A DNA stretch of 63,679 nt, filler included, from Octopus bimaculoides (lineage: Eukaryota), in NCBI RefSeq assembly GCF_001194135.2. It is 5 parts of 5 records of this genome, joined end to end, with 100 filler letters (N's around TTAATTAATTAA, not from the genome) between each part and the next. Parts side by side here need not be neighbours in the genome. Positions count along the whole stretch, not along the records: positions 48,161 to 61,923 come from NC_068981.1; positions 62,024 to 63,679 come from NW_026307777.1; 3 more parts are not named here. One strand, given 5' to 3'. Below the pieces are notes generated by a model that made no database searches, was not told where the DNA came from, and saw only the letters and a list, made by a program, of their open reading frames with translations. The stretch's first letter is position 1; every line of letters begins with the position of its first letter. The translations under genes and the position numbers were made by a program. Positions 52,863 to 63,199 of this stretch are shown one piece after another.

Positions 52863-52943
52863 GGCTCTGAAGAAGCTATAGGATGTTATGCTGGTACTCA
52901 ACTAAGGGTCCACCACATCTTAGACCAGAAACAGCTGTAAGCT
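52863..52943 (+). ncRNA. Type I hammerhead ribozyme motif with a partly decayed stem II
   Basis: GGCU-CUGAAGA-[AGCUAUAGGAUGU...ACAUCUUAGACCA]-GAAAC-AGCU-GUA-AGCU. Core and stem III are intact; the base of stem II is mismatched. Confidence 0.7.
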
Positions 52944-53012
52944 AATGATATTCATTACATAACATTTGGTTTCTTTCAGTGTCATCCCTTTGATTTATAT
53001 ATGTATGTATAC

Positions 53013-53054
<42 letters not shown>

Positions 53055-53614
53055 NNNNNNNNNNNNNNNNNNNNNNNNNNNNNNNNNNNNNNNNNNNNNN
53101 NNNNNNNNNNNNNNNNNNNNNNNNNNNNNNNNNNNNNNNNNNNNNNNNNNNNNNNNNNNNNNNNNNNNNNNNNNNNNNNNNNNNNNNNNNNNNNNNNNNN
53201 NNNNNNNNNNNNNNNNNNNNNNNNNNNNNNNNNNNNNNNNNNNNNNNNNNNNNNNNNNNNNNNNNNNNNNNNNNNNNNNNNNNNNNNNNNNNNNNNNNNN
53301 NNNNNNNNNNNNNNNNNNNNNNNNNNNNNNNNNNNNNNNNNNNNNNNNNNNNNNNNNNNNNNNNNNNNNNNNNNNNNNNNNNNNNNNNNNNNNNNNNNNN
53401 NNNNNNNNNNNNNNNNNNNNNNNNNNNNNNNNNNNNNNNNNNNNNNNNNNNNNNNNNNNNNNNNNNNNNNNNNNNNNNNNNNNNNNNNNNNNNNNNNNNN
53501 NNNNNNNNNNNNNNNNNNNNNNNNNNNNNNNNNNNNNNNNNNNNNNNNNNNNNNNNNNNNNNNNNNNNNNNNNNNNNNNNNNNNTATATCTGTAAAAATG
53601 GCTTATTGGCCCAT

Positions 53615-53972
53615 TCGAGCATAGTCGTTGCCAGCAACCAGCACATGTGCCAGTGGCACGTGGAAAACAACATTCGAGCGTGGTCATTGCGAGTGCCGCT
53701 GGACTGGCTCCCGTGCAGGTAGCACGTAAAAACACCTTTGAGCGTGGTCATTGCCAGAACTGCCTGACTGGCCCTCATGCCGGTGGCATGAGGGCCAGTC
53801 ATGAGCACCCACTACACTCTTGGAGTGGTTGGCGTTAGGAAGGGCATCCAGCTGTAGAAACTCTGCCAGATCAGATTGGAACCTGGTGTAGCCATCTGGT
53901 TCGCCAGTCCTCAGTCAAACTGTCCAACCCATGCAAAGCGGACATTAAACAACGACGATGATGATGATGAAT
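53615..53972 (+). mobile_element. (GAT)n-tailed retroposon 3' end with internal ~55-bp tandem subrepeats (RTE-like LINE tail or derived SINE). Other copies: 49991-50330(-), 52341-52555(-), 59826-59938(-), 60742-61420(-, two), 61482-61802(+), and a weak one at 57870-58085(+)
   Basis: Shared GGAAGGGCATCCAGCTGTAGAAACTCTGCCA...CCAACCCATGC...CGTTAAAC(GAT)n and repeated GGTGCTTTTAC(G/A)TGCCAC(C/T)GGCAC units. The superfamily assignment is an inference. Confidence 0.75.
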
Positions 53973-54024
53973 GATAAGAGGTCATACCACTCAGTACTGT
54001 CAGTAATTGTTGCACTGATGGGTG

Positions 54025-54340
54025 TGAAGGCACATGGCTCAGTGGTTAGGGCATTCGGCTCATGATCAGAAAGGTGTGAGTTCAATTTCTGATGAAACAT
54101 TGTGTCCTTGAGCAAGACACTTTATTTCACATTGATCCAGTCCACTCTACTGGCAAAAATAAGTAGGACCTGTATTTCAAAGGGGCCAGCCTTTTCACAT
54201 TCTGTGTTACACTGATTCTCCCTGAGAACTACGTTAAGGGTATGCACGTCTGTGGAGTACTCAGCCACTTGCACGTTAATTCCACAAGCAGGCTCTTCTG
54301 TTGATTGTATCAACTGGAACACTCGTCAACGGAGTACCAA
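54025..54340 (+). mobile_element. SINE with head B and tail X
   Basis: Head GAAGGCACATGGCTCAGTGGTTAGGGCATTCGG, which also occurs on the minus strand near 25905-25970, with the same tail as 44311. Confidence 0.75.
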
Positions 54341-54515
54341 TTAGCACTGATGGACTGATAAGCTCAGTTTAAGCCTCTCTCTGATTTGGTTGGTTAATTA
54401 GTCCCAGCTATATGACCTCTGACCCTCATTGACCACTGAGCTGTACCAGTATATTACTGGTACATTCTTTTTATGACAACAAAGTAAAGAAGGAAAGAAA
54501 ATGCTGAAGACTTAC

Positions 54516-54734
54516 AACTTTGGCATTGCTGGTTGAATGATGCGTGAGACAGTGTTGGACAAAAGATGGGCAGTCGAGATTACGGACACCACAGTAAGGA
54601 CATTGGAACGTTGATCTGTTGGGGACATTACTAGGACAGGGTTGTGAGGTAGGAGCTACAGGTTTAAACTGGGGCATTTTTTTGTCCATCTTGCTGCATT
54701 GCATTGAGTGTTGCTTCAACTTGGAGAGACTCAT
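54516..54734 (-). CDS. RNF166: RNF166-like exon (end of C2HC finger, PTSQP linker, first C2H2/Di19-type finger)
   Basis: Acceptor ttctattgcAG and donor GTT|GTaagt. 219 nt, phase 0/0: MSLSKLKQHSMQCSKMDKKMPQFKPVAPTSQPCPSNVPNRSTFQCPYCGVRNLDCPSFVQHCLTHHSTSNAKV. The PTSQPxPSNxPNRSTFxCPYCGxRNLD stretch is what I recall for RNF166. Confidence 0.95.
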
Positions 54735-55246
54735 CTGCAATAGAAGAGAAAGAAAGGAAAGGAAAACAATAATTGGCACAAAACCATTAATGGCAGAATA
54801 GCATTGGCACATAACCATTGGTGATAAAGAATCATTGCTATGCTAATTAAGACTAATTACTGCCAAATAATCCTTCCTACTCTAGGCACAAGGCCTATGA
54901 TTTTGAGGGAGGGCGCAAGTCAATTACATTGACCCCAGCGGTTATTCTTTTGTTCTTTTATTCTTTTACTTTGTTCCAGTCATTTGGCTGTGGCCATGCT
55001 GGAGCACTGCCTTTAGTTGAACAAATCCACCCTAGGACTTATTCTTTGTAAGCCTAGCGCTTACTCTATCGGTCTCTTTTGCCAAACTGCTAAGTTACAG
55101 GGACATAAACACACCAATATCAATTGTCAAGCGATGGTGGGGACACAAGCACAGACACAAATACTACATATATACATGCATACATATAACTATGTATGTG
55201 TATATATATATATATATATGTATGTATGTGTGTGTGTGTATGTATA

Positions 55247-55280
<34 letters not shown>

Positions 55281-56470
55281 AGGCAAATAAGAAAATGAAG
55301 AGGATAAACAATTGACAAACATCAGCCAGTAAACATTCAATTATGTCTATTTCTTATTTGATTACAATCATATGTGTGAGTGATCCAAGTAAACGAATGA
55401 AATAAGCCAATAAATACATAAATAAATAGAAATATAATTTATTGATGGGTTTTAACAGACCTGAACAATGCCATTGTTTTCAAATATTAGCTGACCAATT
55501 AAGTTGTAGGATTGACTTTGACCTCACCCTACTACCCATAGGGGTATTGGGATTAGGTTTTTGTTAATAAGTAACAAATAATAACATCACATTAAGGTTT
55601 TACCTATTTTTTCTTTCATTGATATACTTACATATTGAATCTCCCCAAACAGGTTCAATTTAAGTTATTTCTGCCAACTCCTTTTATAATGCTCTATCTA
55701 TTAAATTGTGGTTAGCCTCTAACTTCTGACCCCTGAGATCTGGACCATATCGTTAAACTCACTACACAACATGTTACCCTCGCTGTTTTCCCCAGTATAA
55801 TTGAAACATGATGTAACCCACAGCCTGTGGAAATTTCTCCTGAAAGTGACTTTATTTACCACAAGATGTAATACCATGGACTATAATAGCACCTTAAAAT
55901 GAAGTTCTTACCATTCCTTTACTATTTCTATTATATTATTTTATTTTATTTTACTTTATTATTTTAACTTACTTTCCCACATATTAGTTTCCTAACATTT
56001 GGTCTCTCTGATGAAGCCTTGGGGCTCAACCATTGTCCAATCCCTGTCCAATGTTTGTTCACCCCTGTATATCACTGACGTGATGAGGATAACTCGGAAG
56101 ATTTGGCAGCCTCATGGTAGAAACAGCTGTAAGAGTTTAGTATTTGTACACTCATCTATTCTTACTCATTTCTTTCTGTTCATTGATGTATTTATTGGCT
56201 TATTTCATTCGTTTACTTGGATCACTTACACATATGATTGTAATCAAGTAATAAATAGATATAATAGAATGTTTACAGGCTGATGTTTGTCGATTGGATA
56301 TCCTCTCCATTTTCTTATTTGCCTTATAAATCCCTGGGTAAATTTCTAATTTACCCCCACCCATACCTAGTATTCAATTGCGATATTGCTCTGCAATAGT
56401 AAGCACTTGGATATAAATACGTAGGTACACATCAAGTGGTATATTGGATATTTAATATCCCTTAGATGGT
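55281..56470. mobile_element. Penelope-like non-autonomous segment with 138-bp inverted repeats and a hammerhead
   Basis: 55281-55418 is the reverse complement of 56187-56324 (128/138 identical by hand), and the hammerhead at 56004-56135 lies between them. The tail at 56300-56470 resembles 17340-17500. Confidence 0.55.
56004..56135 (+). ncRNA. Type I hammerhead ribozyme motif with a long stem II insert
   Basis: CUCU-CUGAUGA-[AGCCUUGGGGCU...~80 nt...AGCCUCAUGGUA]-GAAAC-AGCU-GUA-AGAG. Stem I is 4 bp and the core is canonical. Confidence 0.72.
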
Positions 56471-58771
56471 TCTAACTCATACAGACAGGTCTATGTATGT
56501 GTGTGCATGTATATATGTGTGTGTGTGTGTGTTTATACTGGCTGAAACATATCAAAGTATCAAGTATCTATGTGTGTGTGTGCGCGCATACATATTTTAG
56601 TGTAAATAAACTGTGGTGGTAACCTCCTGAAATCGCCATAGATATATGTGAATGTTGAATTTGACCTGTGGAAGTCTGTTTATTATAAACTTTTGGACGT
56701 ACTTGTAAGAAGGAAGTGTAAGACTTTTTTCAAATATTTTTTTTTTAATTTTCTAATAAAAAAAAAATCTTTTATTTAATATTTTAATCGTCTGATAAAA
56801 CTTTTTTAGTCGGTGGACATTTATTTTATTTTATTTTTATCTTTATTTTATATTTGTCTATTAGGTTTTTTGGTAGTTTACGAATTTCTTAGCCGTTTAT
56901 ATTTAACATTTTTGATAGGCAACTCTTTTTGTATTTTATTCGATTATATATTTTTACCTTCTGTGGTTTTATCTATACGTATTATCTTTTATGTGTTTGA
57001 AAACCGTGGTGATATTTTATATATGATTAAATGTTTGAAGGGTGGGGTTGTATGTAAAGTCATTGACCCAAATTTAATGTTTGTTCTATAACCAATGCTT
57101 CTTTATATATATATATATATATATACATATACAATGGGCTCCTTCCAGTTTCCTTCTACCAAATCCACTCACAAGGCTTTGGTCAACCTGAGACTATAAT
57201 AGAAGACACTTGTCCAAGGTACCATGCAGTGGGACTGAACCCAGAAACATCTAGTTGGGAAGCAAGCTACCTACCACACAGTCACACCTGCACCTAGCAG
57301 TACTTATTTCAGTGACCCGAAAAGGATGAAAAACAAGGTCAACCTCAGCAAAACGTGAACTCACAATGCAAAGGTAGATGAAATGTTGTTAACCAGGCAG
57401 AATCGTTAGCATGTGGGCCAAGGTGCATGACATTTTGCCTGGCATACTAACAGTTTTGCAAGGTCACCAAATATAATGAATGAAAGTTATGAAAATAAAA
57501 AAACCTATGTTTAACCCTTTGTCACCATATTTCTGTTGAGATGTCCTGTGTTTCTTTCAATTAATTTTAAATATAACAAAGAATTTAATAAAATAAGTTC
57601 ATTATCATTAAGCTTGTGTTAGGAACATAAATTGTGACTAAGGTTTGGTGGAAGATTTTCATTCAAAACATATGAAAACAAGACATTTGTACTAAAGAGC
57701 CAGAACTGGTTTCAGCCAGGTTGGTATCACAAGGATTAAAGTAACACAAACTAATTGTTTAGAAATAGTTAGTCAAGTAGAATAAGGTGACACCTACTGT
57801 CAGATAAACAGACTGAAGCAAGCTTGTTTTCTTAACAAAAAATGTGTGTGTGTGTGTCTCCCCATATTTTGACAACATATAAGAGTTGTAAATGAGTGCT
57901 ACCATCACACAAGCAATGTCATTTGTTTCTAGTCTCCTACAAAAATCATGTCTGGCCATGAAGAGATATTACTTTATTTGGAAATAGGTAAGGGTTGGCA
58001 ACAGGAAGAGCATTCAGCCATAACAAAATCTGACCAATGAAAGCAGGGAAACGTGAACATTTCAATGATGATGATGATGATGTAATATTTTTGGACGCCC
58101 TTTCCAGTCTGGGTCGGATGAGCTGTCACAGTTTTAATGAGTTCTTGTTAGGGACCTCCACCTTCACTGTCATGTCGAAGAATCACATTTTGCTCCTAGG
58201 TTTCATTTTTAAATTGGTGTCTAGGGTCAGATATCATTGCTACCACTAGAGAGAGTAACATGCACTCAGAAAGACAGGNNNNNNNNNNNNNNNNNNNNNN
58301 NNNNNNNNNNNNNNNNNNNNNNNNNNNNNNNNNNNNNNNNNNNNNNNNNNNNNNNNNNNNNNNNNNNNNNNNNNNNNNNNNNNNNNNNNNNNNNNNNNNN
58401 NNNNNNNNNNNNNNNNNNNNNNNNNNNNNNNNNNNNNNNNNNNNNNNNNNNNNNNNNNNNNNNNNNNNNNNNNNNNNNNNNNNNNNNNNNNNNNNNNNNN
58501 NNNNNNNNNNNNNNNNNNNNNNNNNNNNNNNNNNNNNNNNNNNNNNNNNNNNNNNNNNNNNNNNNNNNNNNNNNNNNNNNNNNNNNNNNNNNNNNNNNNN
58601 NNNNNNNNNNNNNNNNNNNNNNNNNNNNNNNNNNNNNNNNNNNNNNNNNNNNNNNNNNNNNNGAGAGGAGAGGGAGAGAGGAGAGGGAGAGAGGAGAGGG
58701 AGAGGAGAGGGAGAGAGAGGGAGAGAGAGGAGAGGGAGATGGTAAATGGTCATCAACTTGAAAATGCTTAC

Positions 58772-58928
58772 CTTTTTCACACACCATTGACATGTTCCTT
58801 CAGTATTTGATATTCTGGCCTGAATGTCTGTTGCAGTGTGCACAGAACGAGGATTAAACACTGTCCGACAGACAGGACATTTTGGTTCTGCTAGAGCCAT
58901 CGACAACGAGATGCAATCCATGCAGAAC
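58772..58928 (-). CDS. RNF166: RNF166-like E3 ubiquitin ligase, internal exon (C-terminal half of RING-HC and start of C2HC finger)
   Basis: Acceptor ttcttgtttggttctAG and donor AAG|GTaagc. The exon is 157 nt: 1 nt plus FCMDCISLSMALAEPKCPVCRTVFNPRSVHTATDIQARISNTEGTCQWCVKK, which matches the FCxxC...CPxCR RING tail of the RNF114/125/138/166 family. It joins the next exon in frame. Confidence 0.92.
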
Positions 58929-59313
58929 CTAGAACCAAACAAGAAGAGATTCAACTGCAAACAGCAACGGATACACAAGATTTTTTGCAAAAAAACCTAT
59001 TGTGGACAATAGCAATAAGAATGTTTCTCAGCAGAACATGAATGCAACACAAAAACAAGAAAATTCATACATGCAAAAATAAATGGTGTAAATATTAAAC
59101 TACCACTGGATATGGTTAGGGATATTTCAATCATTAATGCGGATATATGGAGAAAAATCAGGAAAACAAAGGTGAGTAATCGGGCAATAAACTCCATTTC
59201 ATGGGTGAAATGTGTACAGACATCACATTTCAAGGAGAAACATGCAAAGTAAAAATATTCAGAAGGTTTATGATACCTGTGGAGTATCTCCTTTCCCCAT
59301 TATAATTATTTTT

Positions 59314-59813
59314 TGTAGTTTCAAGGATCTGGAATATGAAGAAGAAGTTCACAAGTGGAGTACAATTCAATAGCCATTTATTTACAGAGTTCTCGTTCAT
59401 ATTGTTTGCTCTCAGTGACTGTCTTTATAGCAACAAATGGTTTGTCCTAACTCTGTACATATGAGATTCATTAACTCTGGAGATAAGCATGTGGAGTCAG
59501 AGCAAGACAAGAGTCCACTGTGAGTCGCTGACTATGCAGTATTTCTCAGTGTAAGTGCAAGAAGGAACGAGAGAGAACGTCTTATTCTCCTGCTTAAATA
59601 CTGGTTGCCGATGAGAGCCTCGTTGTCGTCTTGCGCATGGCAAATGGTTGCAGGCAAGATCTTGTTCTTGTATTGGACATGGTAATGGCTACCAGTGAGA
59701 TCTCGTTCAAAATGGCTCTGGCTTCTTGTGCCTCAGTACACATATGTTTGGTACAGATTGGTTAGAGCTATTTGACTTATGACACCTCCCCATAAGTCTC
59801 TACTGCAAAAACA
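59314..59813 (-). mobile_element. Possible solo LTR
   Basis: The minus strand runs TGT...ACA with CCAAT, TATTTAAG and TAAATAAA in promoter-to-polyA order. No TSD was found. Confidence 0.3.
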
Positions 59814-59939
59814 TAAATGGTTGCCATCATCATCATTATCATTTAATGTCTGTTGTCCATGCTGGCATGGGTTGGATGGTTTGACCGGGCTGGCATACTG
59901 GAAAGTTGCACCAGACTCCAGTCTGATCTGGCATGGTCG

Positions 59940-60352
59940 TCCCGTTAAAAATAAATCATCTGAAGAACTGAAGAGAAACTTGAAAAAGATGTTTCCTCGA
60001 GTACTATCGGAGGATTTAGGTCTATGTAAAAAGACTGAAGCCTGCTTTAAAGTAAGTTAAAACGCTGTGCCTATATTTAAATCTAACAGAAAAGTACCCT
60101 TCGCGGCTATTGAAATCGTAAATGAAGATTTGGACAGACTGGAAAAGAGTGGAGTCATCAAAAAGGTGGATTACTCTAAGTGGGCGGTGCTCATGTTGTA
60201 CATTAAAGAGAATAACAATATTAAGCTGTGTGCCGATTTCTCTACAGGATTGAAAGACTGCTTGAAGACATACCACCATCCACTCCATTCTCCGGAGGAC
60301 ATTTTCACAAAATTAAATGGTGGAAAAAATTTCTCCAAATTGGATCTGTCCA
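59940..60352 (+). mobile_element. Ty3/gypsy LTR retrotransposon RT N-terminal fragment
   Basis: FPRVLSEDLGLCK...PIFKSNRKVPFAAIEIVNEDLDRLEKSGVIKKVDYSKWA...IKLCADFSTGLKDCL...YHHPLHSPEDIFTKLNGGKNFSKLDLS, with one in-frame stop, truncated before the YxDD motif. Confidence 0.9.
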
Positions 60353-62524
60353 TTCTACAATATTCTTAAAGGAACGGGCCTTGTGCCTTGAGTAGAAAAG
60401 AGTATTCTTAAAGAAACGAAAAATTATCCAGCAAGTCGGGCTAATACGAATGAGCCTGGTAGTTGTATAAAAGAGTAACTGGCATCTCTTGTCAAGAGTA
60501 CAAGCGACGGTCAGATCGCTGATGTTTGTTGTGGTCTCCGCTGTCGTTCTTTGATTGGGGTTATTCGGTGCATCTGTGTGTAAAGATCAGTTGTGTTTTG
60601 CAGGGTTGCTTCATTTTTACCTTTAACTTAGAAATGGAGAAAGACATAGTGCGAGATATAAAAAAAATAAGTCATTTGGGATGAAATCTGTGACAATCCC
60701 GAGTGACGCTAATGACCTGGAGTCACCTCTGATATATATATATCATCATCATCATCATCATTATCGTCAATTAACATCTATTGTCCGTGCTGGCATGGGC
60801 CGGATAGTTTGACCAGAATTGGCCTGTTTTGGAATGGTTTTCTATGGTTGGATGTCCTTCCTTATGCCAACCATTTTGCAGAATGTGCTGGGAGCTTTTA
60901 CATGGCACCGGCATGAGTGCATTTCACCAATTGAATTATCATCATCATCATCATCATTTAACTTCCATTGTCCATGCTGGCATGGGTTGCATGGTTTGAC
61001 CAGGGCTGGCAAGCTGAAAGGCTGCACCAGACTCCAGTCTGATCTGGCATGGTTTTCTATGGATGGATGCCCTTCCTAACATCAACTAATCTCAGAGTGT
61101 AATGGGTGCTTTTACGCACCACTGGCACAGGTGCCATTTGCGTGACACCAGTATCTGCCCTGACTGCAATTTTACTTGGCTTGATGGGTCTTCTTCTCAA
61201 GCATGACATAATGCCAAAGCTCACAGTCATTGCCTCTGTGAGGCCCAATATGCGAAAGGAGCTTTTCACATGCCACCGGCATCAGCCACTTTGCCTCCAT
61301 GAGGCCCAACACTTGAAAGGTGCTTTTTACGTGCCACCGGCACAGGAGGTGCCAGTTACATGACACCAGCATCAGCCACGACTACGATTTCACTCGGCTT
61401 GATGGGTCTTCTCAAGCACAGCATACACACGCACACACACACACATATATATATGAGGTCTGATCATAAAGTATCAGGATTAGTGCCAGTGGCACATGAA
61501 AAACAACATTTGAGTGTGGTCGTTGCCAGTGCCGCCGGACTGGCTCCCATGCAGGTAGCACGTAAAAACGCCCTTTGAGCATGGTCGTTGCCAGAACCAC
61601 CTGTCTGGCCCTCATGCCGGTGGCACATAAAAGCCCCCACTACACTCTAGGAGTGGTTGGTATTAGGAAGGGCATCCAGCTGTAGAAACTCTGCCAAATC
61701 AGATTGGAGCCTGGTGTAGCCATCTGGTCCACCAGTCCTCAGTCAAATCGTCCAACCCATGCTAGCATGGATAGCGGACGTTAAACGATGATGATGATGA
61801 TGCTAAACCAGTGTATGCTTGCATGAAATACATCCCTATGAAAGAGCAATGTCTTTCTATTCAAAACGAGAGAGAGAGAGAGAGAGAGAGAAAGTGTATA
61901 TATATATATATATATATATATATNNNNNNNNNNNNNNNNNNNNNNNNNNNNNNNNNNNNNNNNNNNNTTAATTAATTAANNNNNNNNNNNNNNNNNNNNN
62001 NNNNNNNNNNNNNNNNNNNNNNNGCGCGTACGCACACACACACACACAGATACACACACGGACTTGGTAAAATTTCCCAAGGGGACTTTCTACATGAGGA
62101 ACATATTGCTAAGTGCATGTTATAATACTAGTGGTGGTGAGCCACAAATAATTTTTAATTAACTGAAATTCCAGCCCTAATTAGAAAATAAAGAAGACGA
62201 CAAAATAAGTGATTGCTGGAGTTAATGAAATTTTATCGTCGCAAATGGCAAGGGAGAGATCTGCAGGAATTTAATTCATTCAAGAAATATTTTTTAATGG
62301 CGATATGCCGGGGTGATGGAGTAAATCTGAACTTCGGTAATTATGGTGACATCAGCGTACAAGTTTTAATCGTAGAGGAAGTCTTCAGAAACGTGTCGTC
62401 CGTTCAATGCCTGCAAAAATTTAGAGCGGCTAAAAATAATGTTTTTCTCTACGAGTGCTATATAGCTTCCATTGTAGGCAGTATTTTATGGCTCCCTATT
62501 TTGTGCTGGGTAAATTTTGGTAAG

Positions 62525-62835
62525 AGTGGAGGTGCAATGGCCCAGTGGTTAGGGCAGTGGACTCGCGGTCGGAGGATCGCGGTTTCGATTCCCAGATTGA
62601 GCGTTGTGAGTGTTTATTGAGCGAAAACACCCAAGCTCCACGTGGCTCCGGCAGCGGGTGGTGGCGACCCCTGTTGTACTCTTTCGCCCCAACTTTCTCT
62701 CACTCTTTCTTCCTGTTTCTTGAGAAAGGCTGCGATGGACTGGCATCCTGTCCAGGTGGGGGGAACACATACGCCATAGAAACTGGGAAACCAGGCCCAT
62801 GAGCCTGGCTAGGCTTTGAAAGGGCGACAAAAAAA
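62525..62835 (+). mobile_element. SINE with head A and a different 3' module (tail Y)
   Basis: The first ~190 nt match 44311. It then continues GGCTGCGATGGACTGGCATCCTGTCCAGG... and ends in poly(A). Confidence 0.8.
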
Positions 62836-63013
62836 AAAAGAGAAATTTGGTAAGAAGCTTGTTTCCCAACCATATTGTTCCGGGTTCAGCTCCACTGCGT
62901 GGCACCTTGGTTAAGTGTCTTCTAACTATAACACCACAATCTTAGTACATTGAAATATAGAGGCAATAGTTATGGTTGCAATGCCTGCAGTTATACATCT
63001 GCTCAGTCTAGGC

Positions 63014-63199
63014 CAGTAATTTGCGACCTTTTCTCACTTGCGGTATACTTGTATTCTTTTCAAAATTCGGCGGCACACCTGAACTAAAAAAATAACTAAA
63101 AGTATGGGGGAAAAAATTATATTCAGTTTACACTGCGGCACACCTAGCATCGTTTTGAGGAACACAAGTGTGCCGCAGCATACCAATTGCGGAGCACTG
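63014..63199. mobile_element. hAT (Charlie-like) MITE
   Basis: Ends CAGT...ACTG with imperfect TIRs. The 8-bp TSD is GTCTAGGC (63006-63013) / GGCTAGGC (63200-63207), a 7/8 match resembling the NTCTAGAN hAT preference. Confidence 0.75.

Noticed and set aside
56600-57100. Possible Penelope RT/GIY-YIG remnant on the minus strand
   Set aside because: There are only faint peptide resemblances in very AT-rich sequence with many stops, too weak to annotate.
689-58990. Many long ORFs made mostly of X
   Set aside because: They span N gaps and are artefacts, apart from the real exon embedded in 58196-58990.
58997-59233. ORF starting MKCDVC as a possible RNF166 first exon
   Set aside because: It lacks the RING spacing (CxxC...CxH) and a phase-2 donor. 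The real first exon is probably in the 61.9-kb gap or beyond the window.
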